A DNA stretch of 64,000 bases, taken from Mantamonas sphyraenae STR306 (taxonomy: Eukaryota; Protista; CRuMs). Below are positions 24,027-36,500 of the stretch, piece after piece. How positions within the stretch are numbered: the stretch's first letter is position 1; each line of letters starts with the position of its first letter. A program made the translations under genes and the position numbers. The stretch lies in contig JAPMXV010000055.1 in NCBI GenBank assembly GCA_026936335.1, positions 186,001 to 250,000 on the forward strand, given 5' to 3'. Under the pieces are notes generated by a model, which was not told the origin of the DNA, searched no databases, and was given only the letters and a program-made list of their open reading frames with translations.

Positions 24027-27000
24027 ATGTTCAGTGCCAAATTTGTCTTTGTTGCACTCTTCATGACATGGTCGAGTTTTCTCATTTCGACGACCTACGC
24101 AAACACCACAGGCGTGATCCATCAGGAGATTGCTGTGGATGAGAGCGTGGATGATGATGTGCTTTTCTCTGATGCGCCGTATTCGCTTTCCACGAGCGGC
24201 GTAAACGGCGCCGAGGCGTTTGGCAGCGAAGCCGCCGCCGCTGTGGCCGCCAATGCCGCGCACGCAAGTCATGGACCCAAAATGATTGTGCGCACGATCA
24301 CCAAGGGAGCAGTGGTCACCCATGAGCTGTTCACCAAAGTCAACCCGGAGCTTCACGACCAAGCCAAGCTGCTGGTGCGACCCATCAACCAGCTGCGTGC
24401 GAACGGTGTTCTCAGCATGACCAGCTCGCACATGTCCCGTGTCATGGGCCACGCCATCAGCAAGGCCGGTGCGTCCGGTTCGAGCTCGTTGGAAATGCAG
24501 CACGACGAGGCTCAGGAACTCCTCGACACCCCGGCTCCGAACGAGGACGTGGAGGAGCGCCAGAAGGCCGTGGACACACATGCGACCCAGATCCGAGCTG
24601 TCAAAGCGCACGATTTGATCAGCGATCCAGATGCGATTGCAGATGAAGCCGGTGGGTGCGCGAGCTGCCGTTTCTTCCGACCCTTCCTTTTCGTTTCCCT
24701 CCCGCGTTTTCGTGCAAAAGCTACATTTTTCGTCGTGTTTGCGGGTCCCACTTCCTCCACCCCCCCCCCTTTGCGCACGAATGTCAATCGATGCTGACCC
24801 ACGGCGAGAGCAGGTATCGTGGAGGTGTCATGTGCATTCATGAGGGGCCACCCGGGCCTGCGCAAGGGATCGATGTTCTCGCTGAGTTCCGGTCTGTTCA
24901 AGCTCCTGCACGTGTCGGCACCGCGTGGCGCCGCTGCGTACTCTCCCTCCACTCAGGTGGAGTGTGGCGATGCGCAGACGGCCGCTAAGCGCGTGTACCA
25001 CCTGATTGTGCACCGTGCAGATATCGAGGACGCCGTAAAGGAGGGTACCGTCCGCATCGAGCTGACAGGCATTGACCCCACCGTGACCAACGAATACCCT
25101 GCGGTCCAGGAAGGAAACAAGGCCACTCCTGCAGACGCACGCCTCTTTGTTGGACGCAACCGTGAGGCAGCGATTGAGCGGGCCAAGCAGGATGTGGCCA
25201 AGAAGCAACTGGAGGAGAAGGAGGCTGATGAAGGCGACGACGAGGACGTCGACGATGCCCTGGCCACCCTCACCGACGGCAACAGCAACAGTGGAGTTGT
25301 TGAATTCTTTGAAAGCGCATGGGACATTGCCAAGAAGGCCTGGAATGCACTGGGCGGCAACATCGACGGCAAAATGGACCTTGGTCCCAAGCTGAAGCTT
25401 GTCATCCACGACACCCAGTTGCTGAATGTCAAGGTGAAGAAGGTGGACGTGTTGGTGATCGCTGAAGAGGTCAAGGTCACGGTGCACCCGCGCCTGATCC
25501 TGTCCTTCAAGCTGTCCAACTACAACCTGGAGCGTGCTGCAGTGAAGCAGATCGGCTCTCTGGACGTCTTTGCTCGTCTGTGGGTCCAAGTGTCCCGTGG
25601 CATCGAAATCAAGGATGACAAGGACCTGTTCAACGAAAAGCTGGCCTCGCCCGAGCTGAAGATCGGTCCGATCAAGCTGTCGGTTGTGATCCGTGCCCGC
25701 GCCACCGTGGGTGTGGATCTGGCCGTGCGTGCTGGCATCCAGACGCGTCTCAAGGGCTCTCTGGCCCTGCTGGTGTCCGGTGGCGTGGAGTTCAACAACG
25801 GCAAGTGGGGCGTTGGCGTCAAGATCAAGCTCAACCACAACCTGGAGCCGCCCGAGAAGCCGCAGCCGTGTGGCAGCGCACGTGCAGAGGCACGTGCCCA
25901 CGTGCACCTCAGCTTCAAGGCTTACGATGATGCTGGCCCATGGGCCGCGCTGGAGCCGTACCTTCGCATCGAGTTCAAGCCGCAGGGCATGTCTCCCTGC
26001 GTGGCACCCAACCCGACCTCCCTGTCCGACCTCAAGAAGATCCCCGAATTCAAGGCCAAGGTGGAGGCAGCCATGGGTGACGTTACGGGCCAGCTGCCCA
26101 AGCTCGAAGCCGAAGTGCGTGCCAAGCTGGAGGCGGAGTTGGGCAAGCTGAAGGGCATCGGAGTGGACCTGCTGACGAGTCTTGCGGGCATGTCCATCGA
26201 CGACTGGATGGCCAAGCTGAAGGGAGTGCGCCTGGGCACCCTGGGCAGGATGAAGGGCGTCAAGGCCGATGCCGATCTCAAGGGACCCCAGCTGGAGGCC
26301 TTTGAGATCATTCTGCGTACGGTGAAGCAACTGTTCAACCTGGTTGCCCGCCTGGGCAACCCCAAGATCAAGGATCTGGACTTTGACTGGAGCCTGGAGA
26401 AGAAGGAGACAGACACGGGCGATCCCGAAGACAAGAACCGACTGATTGTCTTTGGCGGCATCCGCTCGCGTGCGGGCTTCTCCATCAAGATTGTGGACTG
26501 GACGCTGGCGGAGGAGGATTGGGATCTGGTCAACACCGAGGGCGAGATCCTTGTGTTGGAGTTCAAGCTACCCTTTTTCACCGAGGAGGAGAAGAAGCGC
26601 ATTCTGGTCAAACGACGAAAGTACGAGTACCAGAAGGTGGCCGTGCAGACGCAAGCACGCACCAAGGCCCACGCCGAAAAGACGGAAGCCATGTTGCGTG
26701 ACAAGGCTCGCCGTGCCAAGCTGATCGAACAAGCAGTGCGCAGTTTGCACAGGGCCGGCCAGACCCTCGGCCGTGCAGCCATTGCAGCCGTCAAGGGCCA
26801 CTATCGCGCCCTGATCCAAGCCATGCAGGCCGTGGGCCAGAAGTTCATCAAGTGGCTGGCCATTCAGGTCAAGTATGCTGGTGAGCAGAACGAAGAGCTC
26901 ACGCGTGCTCTCTCCGAAGAGTACAAACTGTACCACAAGCACGGTCACTTCTACAACGATGTTCAGGACCGACGCAAGTCCCTGTTGGCTGCTGACGAGG

Positions 27001-30000
27001 ATGACGAGGAGGAGGAGGAGGAGGATGTCGATGATGTGGAGGAGGAGGAGGAGGACGACGACGACGTCGACGAGATGTCCACTTCGTCCATCTACGACGC
27101 CGACTACGACCTGCTGACCAACCCCGCAGACAAAAAGGCCCAGGGCAACGGTGCTTCGAAGCAGAAGAAGGAGTACAGCTTGGATGTGTTGTTCGCGCAG
27201 CTGCGTACCGATGTTGCGCACTACAAGAGCTTCGTTTCTCGCGGAGTGAGCGCGATCCAGAAGAGGCTCAACAGCGAAAAGAAGAACTTGAACGGCAACT
27301 CGTCGTGGCACGTCACGTATCGTAGCCATTTCAAGCTCAATGTCCAGTATATGACACGGGATCTGGAATCAGCGAAGAAGCTGCAGAAACTGTGGACCGC
27401 GGACGATGATGTGGATGATCTGCTGATCTCTGCGCTGCAGGCGTACTACAACCAGCTGCGCGCGCGTCAGGTGCACAACAACAACCCTCATCAGGTGCAT
27501 GCGTACGAAACCATGGTGAACATCCTGGACACCTTGCGTGTGCCGGCAAAGTTCCAAGTGGACGCGGTGATCAGCCAGCTGCATCGCCTGTGGACCGACA
27601 TGCGCCTGCAAACCGCAAGCTGGAAGCGACCGACAAAGTCGCGCGATGTGTTTACCGTGTGGCTGCGCAAGGAGGTGAAGGAACACGCACGTGTGGCAGC
27701 CGAGGCCAAGAAACACGCCAAGTCTGCGTACTGGAAACACACCGCCAAGGCTGCGTGGTTGCGCGTTGTCTACGTGGTCGGCACATGGTTCCATGAAATT
27801 GCCAAGGAGAACGCACCGTACTATTTCGCGCAGCACGCAACCATGGTGCACACCGCAATGGCAGGCTATGCCAAGACGGGTGCCAGCGCCTACTTTGTAC
27901 AGGCACGCTTCCATCGCATGTACAGCATGCAGCAATCCCTGCGTTTGTTCCACACCTATTGGGTGTACCCGTCGACCAAGACCAACAACGTCGTCAAAAA
28001 CCTGGCTGAACTGGATTTGTTCACCGTGACCCGCTCGCGTGCCAATGAGCTCGCGCTGGCCACCCTGCTCCACGCATGGAAGCAGATGGAAGGCCCTTCG
28101 CTGTTGTACCGCCAGAAGAACTGCTATGGGTGCGCCAAGGACGCAGAGTACTATCGATACCTGCACCGCAACCAAGCCTTTTTGCCCTGCGCTGATGCAA
28201 GGTTCCATGCGGTGCAGCAGACCCCAGGCACCAAGGCGGCTGCTCTGGCGCATGCACGCGCCACGTTCATCTGCTTCCGCTACCGGTACTACGACAAGGG
28301 CACCAACTACCAGGCACGCACAAAGCTACGCAGCGAGCTCGATGCGTACGAGTTCCAGGTCAGTGAGCTGGAAGGCAAGATGCGCGCAGGCTCGTTTCAG
28401 GCAGCCTTGGACAAACACCTGAATCGCTTCTGCGGCAGTAGCTGCTCCGTGGTGCGCCAGAAGCGTGCCGAGATGCAATCGCTGAAAGCCAAGATGCCCA
28501 CGCTGCGCAAGCTGGCATCCCGTTCCAAGGAGGACCTGTACCGTCTCCGAGCTGCCGAAGCACGCCTAAAGCTGTACAAGTACACCATGTACGACGAGGG
28601 TGGCATGAACACGATCTACAACTACGCGCATGTGCCGAAGTACCTGAACATGTACAGGATGAAGTACTACGAACAGTTGGAACTGCTGCAGAAGACGGGT
28701 CGTGCCGAGTACGACTTGCGCGCCAAGATGTATCAGTACAAATGGCGAGAGTATTTTGCCCAATCAGTCATCTCATATGACGGACTCCAGTATGGTGAAC
28801 AATTCTACGCCGCCCAAATCAGCCAGATTGTACGCGAGGCCAAGGCGCGTGCAGAAGAACTGAAGAAGAAGGCAGTCGTGGCACGTGATGAGGTGACGAC
28901 GATGACGGCAGCCCTCAAGGCTGCACAGGCCAAGTGGACCGCAGAGGCGTCGAAGGAGGACAAACTGTACCGCAACGCACAGGCCAAGAAGCTGTGGTCG
29001 GTGGCAGAGCAACACAAGCAGCTGCGCAACCGTGCACGCCTGCTGGCGACCATGCAGAAGAAGATCCCAGGCTCGTTTGCACACAAAGCGCTGCTGTACG
29101 AGGCCAACTCATGCAAGCACGCAGCCAAGGTGGCACACACAACAGCGATCAAGGACAAGCTGCCCACTATGCACATGAAGCGTACGTACCTGGACGCGGT
29201 CATCCGCGTGGAAAAGGCCAGCAGCACCATCTACGCACTCAAGCTGAAGCTGTTGCTGCAGACCAACACGCAGGAGAGGTCATACCTGGCCCAACAGATT
29301 GCCAAGAACCAAAAGGTGGTGGACAAGGGTTTGGGCTTCTCGGATCCGGTCAAGGAAAAGGAGACGCGTGTCCAGGCGGAGCACGCAGGTGCACGCCAGC
29401 GGTACTACACCCCGATTGCCAAGGCATCCAAGTACAACGCGGCCATGGCCAGGTATTGGACGCACAAACAGATGGAGTTCAACCTCATGGTGCGCTACTA
29501 CCGTGAGACGTGGCGTCATGATCTGCGTGCGTACGCAGAGGTGTACCACACGCGAGCCCTGGCCAACATGGCCCAGGCCGAGCTGACCAAGGCCAAGAAG
29601 AACGAAGTCAAGTATTTGACGCTTTCGGTGGAATACCACAACACCCTCGCCGCCGCTCGCTTTGCCTACAAGGTGTACATTGAGAGCAACCACACCGACC
29701 GTGCCCAGTACCGCCAGTTCGAGGCCCTGGGCAAGAAGGCAGCTTCCGTGCGTGCAGCCATGAACAAAGCCAACCCGTACTATCACGCGGGTGAGATTGA
29801 GAAGTACCGCAAGATGGCCGCCAAGGTCTCTGCCGAAGCCAACGCTGTGCGCAAACTGCAAAACCGAAAGCCAACGCTTGCGAGACACTACAAGCTTGCA
29901 GAGTTGGATTCTCGCCGGGAGTTTTACCATTCGTACTACCTGTTCTATCATGACACGCGCAAGCAGTGGCTGCCGTTCGAAGCCAAGTACTACGACAATG

Positions 30001-32402
30001 GCTCCGAGTCGTACAAGCGTGCGTTCCAGATCACCGACGGCAAGGCCAAGGGCACGCTGGACGGCAAGCAGCACCTGTACCTGAAGGAAGAACAGGAGGC
30101 ATACATGGAAATGGGCAAAGCGTATCGCCAGCTGGCAGAAGCGATGCAGGTCAAGGATGCGGTGAACCGACGCGGAGCCGTGCAGGCCGCGTCGAATCGC
30201 GTCCGCGATGCACACAGCAGGTTGATGGAGGCCATCGGACGCGATGAGCAGCGCTATAGCCAGATGATGATTGCCACGGCCAACTACCAGAAGAAGTACG
30301 CAGAGACCAAGCGTGCGTTGCTGCACGCCACGGACGCCAAGAGAAAGCGTGTGCTGAACCATCGTGTGAAGTACTTTTATAATCTGATCATGCAGACACG
30401 CACGATGCAGGACTTTTATCGCCACATGCGTCGCACATGGTTGCGCGAAAAGGCACAGGCCCACTATCACATTGCGCGCGAGCACGAATTCCTGGCGGAT
30501 GAAATCGAACATGGGAAAAAGTGGCTGCATCTGCGTGCGCTGGAGAACAAGTGGCTGGCTGTGATGTTCCAGCGCATGGCAAAGTCGTCGGAGACGGGCA
30601 AGGCACCGGTGGGGGTGAAGGATGCGCAACACCGTGCGCAGCACTACGCGGCACAGGCCGGAGCGCATCGCAACCAACCCACGGGTGCAGAGGCACAACT
30701 GGAAGACATGCGCAGGCACATGACCACCCTTCTCAACCGTCTGCACAGGGCCATGCACAATCTCAACACGCTGTCCGAGAACGCAAGGCGCAAGGCAGCC
30801 GCAGCCATTCTGGCGGCTGGCAAGATGCAGGATCGCGGCTCCCACGAGGCAAATGATGCCGAACGGGCGCGCGTGACAGCTCTTGAGAACGCCAGCAAGG
30901 CGGCCAACGCAGAGGTGGTCAAGGTGCACAAGGAGATTGAGGACATCAAGCGTCAGATGAAGATTCTGCACACGCGCATGGAGCAGCACATGAAGAAGGT
31001 GCTTGCGGCGTCTCACGAGCGTGGCAAGGAGCACCTGAAGATTGCCAAGGCGGAGGCGGTGCGTGCTGTGGAGCGTGCGCTGGCGGACGGACCGGTGCAT
31101 GTGATCCGGGAGCTGGTCAAGCTGGCCAAACAGGTGCGTGGCATGGCTCACGTCCTGCTGGCATCGCTGAGTCACAAGACCAAGCTGTCGTCCGAGGCAC
31201 GCAAGAAGCTGGAGAGCAAGCTCAAGGGCTACGTGATCTGGGCGACGAATGTGGTGCACAAAGACTATGAAGTGGCCAAGGAGATCCGCCTGATGACGGC
31301 CAAGTACGGCATGAAGGCAGACGAGTACATTTCCAAGGACGTGCGTCCCAAGAGCTACTACGAAAAGGAGAACGCCTCGGAAGTGCAGCGCCTCACGCGC
31401 CTTCTCCTGGTGCAGCAGAAGGAGCAGAAGCTGCGCCATGAGGCAGCCAAGCGCAAGCGTGACCTGGAGCGTGCCAAGCGTGAAAAGGCAGAACGTGAGG
31501 CGCGCCAGGCGTACCTGAAGAAGAGCTACGAGGCACGCATGAAGGCGGCACGTGCCAAACGGGAGGCCGAGCAGAAGATCAGGCGCAAGGAGGCTGCACT
31601 GAAACGGGCTCAGGAGGCACTGGAGCGCAAGAAGAAGCAGGAAGCGTTCCTGAAGAAGCGCGAGGCGGAAGCAAAGGCAAAGGCAAAGGCAAAGGCCATT
31701 GCAGAGCAGAAGAAGCGTTTTGCTCAGCAACAGGCGGCCCAAAAGATCAAGGATGCCGCCAAGCGCAAGGCTGCCGAAGCCAAGCTCAAGGCTGAACTCA
31801 AGAAACAACAGGCGGAGAGGTTTGCCAAGATTGCTCGTCAGGACCAGCTGCGTGCCGAAGCCAAGGCCAAGTTGGCCAAGGCGGCTAAGGCTGCTGCTAA
31901 GAAGGCTGCTGCTAAGAAGGCTGCTGCAAAGAAGGCTGCTGCTAAGAAGGCTGCTGCAAAGAAGGCTGCTGCAAAGAAGGCTGCTGCTAAGAAGGCTGCT
32001 GCTAAGAAGGCTGCTGCAAAGAAGGCTGCTGCCAAGAAGGCTGCTGCCAAGAAGGCTGCTGCAAAGAAGGCTGCTGCTGAAAAGGCAAAGAAGGTCAAGA
32101 AGGCCAAGAAGGCCAAGAAGGCAAAGAAAGCCAAGAAGGCAAGAAGGCAAAGAAAGCCAAGAAGGCAAAGAAAGCCAAGAAGGCCAAGAAAGCCAAGAAG
32201 GCCAAGAAAGCCAAGAAGGTCAAAGAAAGCCAAGAAGGCAAAGAAGGCAGGCAGATGCTCGCGAACTGGTTGCGTCTGTCGCCAACAGCGCAACGGGAGC
32301 TTCACATGCCGCTGTCCCGTGGGCAAATCGTCCAAGAAGCATCCTCAATGCGTGTGCCGACAGCAACGCAGGGGCAACTTTGCCTGCACGTGCAGGGTGT
32401 GA
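24027..32402 (+). CDS. Giant secreted protein (~2,737 aa): signal peptide, beta-rich domain, long helical region, KKAAA/KKA tail, Cys-rich C-terminus; intron 24652-24813
   Basis: Signal peptide MFSAKFVFVALFMTWSSFLISTTYA. The intron G|GTGGGT...GCTGAC...CAG|GT joins in phase to the 2,527-aa ORF. Strong coding-like codon bias. Confidence 0.85.
31899..32248 (+). repeat. Coding tandem repeats: 12 x 15-bp AAGAAGGCTGCTGC(T/A/C) (KKAAA) at 31899-32078, then 9-bp AAGAA(G/A)GC(C/A) (KKA) units
   Basis: The array is directly visible. Variation is mostly at synonymous third positions. Confidence 0.95.
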
Positions 32403-32509
32403 GGTGCAACGTCTGTGACATCCGAAAATGGACCCATTCTCATTCTCTCAAAGTTGCAATGGTTTGAATGTCGCCGCAATCGCGCCCCTTTTTGTCACGA
32501 CAATCCAGC

Positions 32510-33457
32510 TCACCTGCCTCCAGAATTCCCTCCCCCAAAGGTCAGCCAACACTTGCTGTTCTTGTTTTGGATGTCCTGCAGATACCACCCGCAGGATGGG
32601 ACCACCACCACCACCCAGAAGATCACAAAGGCCACCACGAGCCCAAAGAACAACGCCAGCGCCGTATACAGTCTGGACGTCCGCCTGCCATTCTCTGCCA
32701 GCAATCCCAGCCCCCTCTCCCCTTCCCCTGCACTTTTGCCCTGAACCAGAAGCGGCTGGCGGATGCCTCGGTTCAAATAGTGCGACAGATCCGACACGGG
32801 TTTCTCCACATATTGCGACGGCTGCAACGCGTGTCAGTGCCACTCTTTGGTGCGTACCACCCCTTCCCCCCCTCCCACTGGCCTTTCTCTCTCACCCTTC
32901 CTTCCATTCCGCCTACCTTTTTCATCCGTGTGGTGTCCAGTCCTGCATAACGTTGCACCAGCGACTCGGCAAACGGCGCAAAGTCCTGCTGCAGCTCCAC
33001 TGTGACATGTGTCAGCCTCTCACTCCACCCCAACCCCTTCCCACGCATCACTTGCTTACTTGTGAGCACACTTCGGTAGTCTACGTCTGTGTAATGGCCC
33101 TTGAACCGCGTCCACAACTATCCAACCTGTGAGCCTCCTTGCCATTCGCCCTCCCGGCCCCTGCCACGCCACCTACGCAGCCCCCCCAAGCCTCAGCCTT
33201 ACCTCTTCCAGAAACTTGAACGACAGAAACTGTGGATACGCAGGGTTGCACACCACAAGAAAGGTGAGGTCTTCGTCGGAGACCAGCACGTCCACGCGAT
33301 GCGCAAAGTACTTGTACGACGCGTACTTTTCCGCTGTGTTGATGTGTGACAGCACGCCGTCGTGGATGACCACCTTGAAGTTGCCTGCATGTTCCGTGTG
33401 CTGCACCAGTACCGTCTCCCCGTACGCAACAACGGCCAAGTACAGCATGGTTGCCAA
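32510..33457 (-). CDS. Longin-domain protein with C-terminal TM and no SNARE motif (~235 aa); exons 33457-33203, 33117-33060, 32999-32917, 32821-32510
   Basis: VAMP7-type longin MLYLAVVAYGETVLVQHTEHAGNF...YFAHRVDVLVSDEDLTFLVVC..YPQFLSFKFLEE|LWTRF...MELQQDFAPF. All introns are GT-AG and phase-consistent. TM LALFFGLVVAFVIFWVVVV followed by CGW...C. Confidence 0.8.
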
Positions 33458-33519
33458 ACCACCTTTTCTTCTGTGCCCGCCCTCGCCCCACCTCTCTCAC
33501 CCCTCTGCACCCCACATCT

Positions 33520-36500
33520 TCACAGCATGCGTGCATGCCTTCCAGGCACCGACGAAGGTCTCTTTCTCCTGTCCATCGCTCCAAGGATCCTTGCTTCCAA
33601 CGCATCGCCAGACCGCGTTCGAGTCACATGCCGCCCGTAGTTGAATTGCATGTGTTCGCCTCGACGCATATCCATCATGCTCTTTGGTCTTCCCTGCGGG
33701 GGTCGTACAGGTGGGGTTGGTCTCACACCACTGCTGCTCCCGACTCGCCCGTGCTCGTGTTCATCATCCTCCCTGCTCACCACCATCCTCTTGCCCTGGT
33801 CCTTGCCATGGCCGGCATTGCTTTCCTGACTGTTCCTGCTGTGTCGGCTCCTCTCCTCCACTTCTTCCCTCTCCTCGACCTCTCGTGATGACAGCAAAAG
33901 CAGCTCCTCGGTGCTATCCCTTGCAATGCGCCGCCGCACGCCCCCACCACTCCGTGTGGGTCGTCTGCTGCTGCGTGTTGGCGCCATCGAGCGAAACAGA
34001 GGTGCGCTGGTAAGCCGCAGGCGCTCGTGATCCCCCTCCGACCCGTTTCCAATGCCCAGAATCGCTTCTTCCCACTCTCGGCTGCGCCTGCTTCGCACTG
34101 TGTGTCGAGCGCGCACCATGTCCAGCTCCTGCTGTCGTCTACTCTTCTCGCGCACTTTTTCTTCGTGCCACTGCGGCTGGTACAACGCGTTTCCCGTCCG
34201 ACGCGCAAGCACCTGCTGGAAGCGCCTGCTCGGCGCTTCCAACGTCGGTACTTGCCGTGTTTCCACCACCAACCGCTGTCGCGTGGGACGACTGAACCAT
34301 GCAAAGCCCGCTGTCTTGTTTCGCACGCTTCCGCTCTGCGTGCCAAAGTTGTCAGGAACTGCTTCCGCCACCCGTGCGCCGCCTCCAGCCACACCGCCAG
34401 CACCAGCCCCCAGCAGAAACTCCACGCTCTCCACCTCTTCCAGAGCCTCTTGTGCCACCGCCAATGCTGCCTCCTTTCCATCCTGCCGCACCAGATCGCT
34501 AAACTCCCTGCTCATCACCGTTTCGCCGCCCTCGCTCAGCGCCAGCGCTTCCGGCCGCGTCAAATCCGCCAATCGGATGCGCTGCGACCTACGTGCCGCA
34601 CGTGCCTCCACCTCTGCCCAGTCCTCTTCCACGTCAAATTCAATCTGCACATGCTCCTTTGCAAACGACACGCTCATTGGCCGATCGCCACCGCGCAGCC
34701 GACGCCGTTCCTCCTCATCGTCCTCATCGTTCTCGTCGTCCTCGTCGTCCTCTTCCTGCTCGGGCACATCGGTCAGAAAGAACCCACTCTTTCCAGCTTT
34801 CTCCCTTTTGCCTGCTCCTGCTCCTGCTCCTGCTCCTGCGCCTGCGCCTGCTCCTGCTCCTCTTGCTTGGCCATCGCCGTCTCCACACGCTTCAAACTCC
34901 GACGAAGCAGATCCTGCTGGTAGCGAATGGCCAGCAACTGGTCGACGCCAGACGAAGCTGGCTCCAGGTCATCCGGGAGTTCGGCCACATCCAGTGCAGC
35001 CCGCCACGGCACAGCCGGCTGGATTTCCACCGGATGCCATTGGTCGTCCAGTGCCTCCTGCGACGTCACCACAAACAGATCCATCGGCGTGCTTTCGTTC
35101 GAATACACGCCAATGTTGGCACAATGCAACCCGTCTCCTTCGGGTATCCTCTTTGCAACCCCTCGACTTGCGCTTGTGTGTCTCCAGAACCCTCGAGGAT
35201 CCCAAAACAGCTCGTGTGCATCCACGTGCACTTCTCGAGGCGCATCCACCACTGCTCTTCCCGCCCAATCCTCGCTTCCACTCCTGGCCATCTGCTTGCT
35301 CCCTCCCACTCTCCTCTTGCCCTTGCCCTTCCTTTTCTTCCCCCTCGTGCTTCTCTTGTTGTTCTTGCCTCGTGCTCCGTCGTGCTTCGTTGCCAACCGC
35401 TCCAGCGTCGCCTTCAGATCGTTCGACGCCTTGCTCTGTTCCATGTGCTGATTAAACTCGTGTGCCGTGGCACTGTGTCGCTCCTGCAGCATGCGTAGCT
35501 GCACAGTGTTGACCAAACCACCCAACCCTTCGTCCTCCACCTCCACCTCCACCTCGCCATGCGTCCTACCGCGTCTTTGGTGTCGCCCAGACCCGTCTTG
35601 GTGGTCCTCGTTCACATCCTCTTCCTCACTTCCATCCGAGTACTGGCTCAGGTTTGTCGGCGGTCGCACCAACGCTCCCGACGACGTGGTCATTGCACCC
35701 AGCGGGAGCAGGGTCACGCGTGTGCCCTTGACACCCACCACCACCCACCTGCCATCCTTGTACAGGACGACATCGTGCAACGCAGGCACTGCCATTCGCG
35801 TCACAAACTGTCTGTCTTCGCCTGCTGCATCCTCCGCCCCAGCATGGCCCACCAACGACCCAGCCCTGCTGCTGCTCCTGCTGCTGCCTCCTCCACCACT
35901 CACCATGCCACTGTTGCGCATGGCCAGCAGACCACGCACCTCCTCGTCTCGCTCCTCTTCCTCGCCCAACTCAAGCTCGTCCAGCAGCAACGCCATGCCA
36001 GGCACCGCCGAACGGAAGGACGGGGCAAACGACAGCCATTTGCACAGCTGCACTGCGAACCAGTAGTCTGGGTTGCCGTCCACCTCGTGATTGGGCGTCT
36101 GTTCCGTCTGTTCCGCCAGTTCCTGTGCTTCCTGCGCTGTCAGGAACCGGTGCACATGCCCGCTACCATCCATCGGCAGCTCCCGCACAAGCACAGACTG
36201 CCACACAGAATCGGCCACCAGCAGACGTGCTCCCTCTGCCCTGTCCTTCTCGACGCTGTCGTGCAACACCGCCATCACCGCCGTCTGCATGTAGTCCGGC
36301 AGTTTAAAGTAGTACTGCAGCGATGCCCGGCTCACCTGTCCTTCTGCAAGTCGCCCCACCGCCTCCACCACCACTTTGGACGGCACTTCGAATCGGGCAT
36401 ACGCCACCATCATCAGAAACAAGAGCTCCCGCACCTGGCTCTCACACCCTTCCAGCTCTTCCAGCGCAAACTTGCTGTTCTTGAACATCGTGTACTCGCC

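Noticed and set aside
29280-32168. 962-aa minus-strand ORF, and similar long antisense ORFs at 2552-3850, 16671-18569, 20053-22023, 24828-26330 and 47982-49202
   Set aside because: These are shadows of real genes on the opposite strand. Biased codon usage (few TTA/CTA/TCA) removes antisense stops, and the translations are L/H/V-rich with no motifs.
31899-32248. Regular repeat array as a possible CRISPR or satellite
   Set aside because: There are no unique spacers. Units are multiples of 3 with synonymous variation inside a CDS.
33118-33126. Apparent in-frame TAG in the longin gene (CAG|GTT GGA TAG), suggesting readthrough or a variant code
   Set aside because: Using that TAG as the splice acceptor gives FKFLEE-LWTRF, which matches longin spacing. 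TAA, TAG and TGA all end genes normally in this window.
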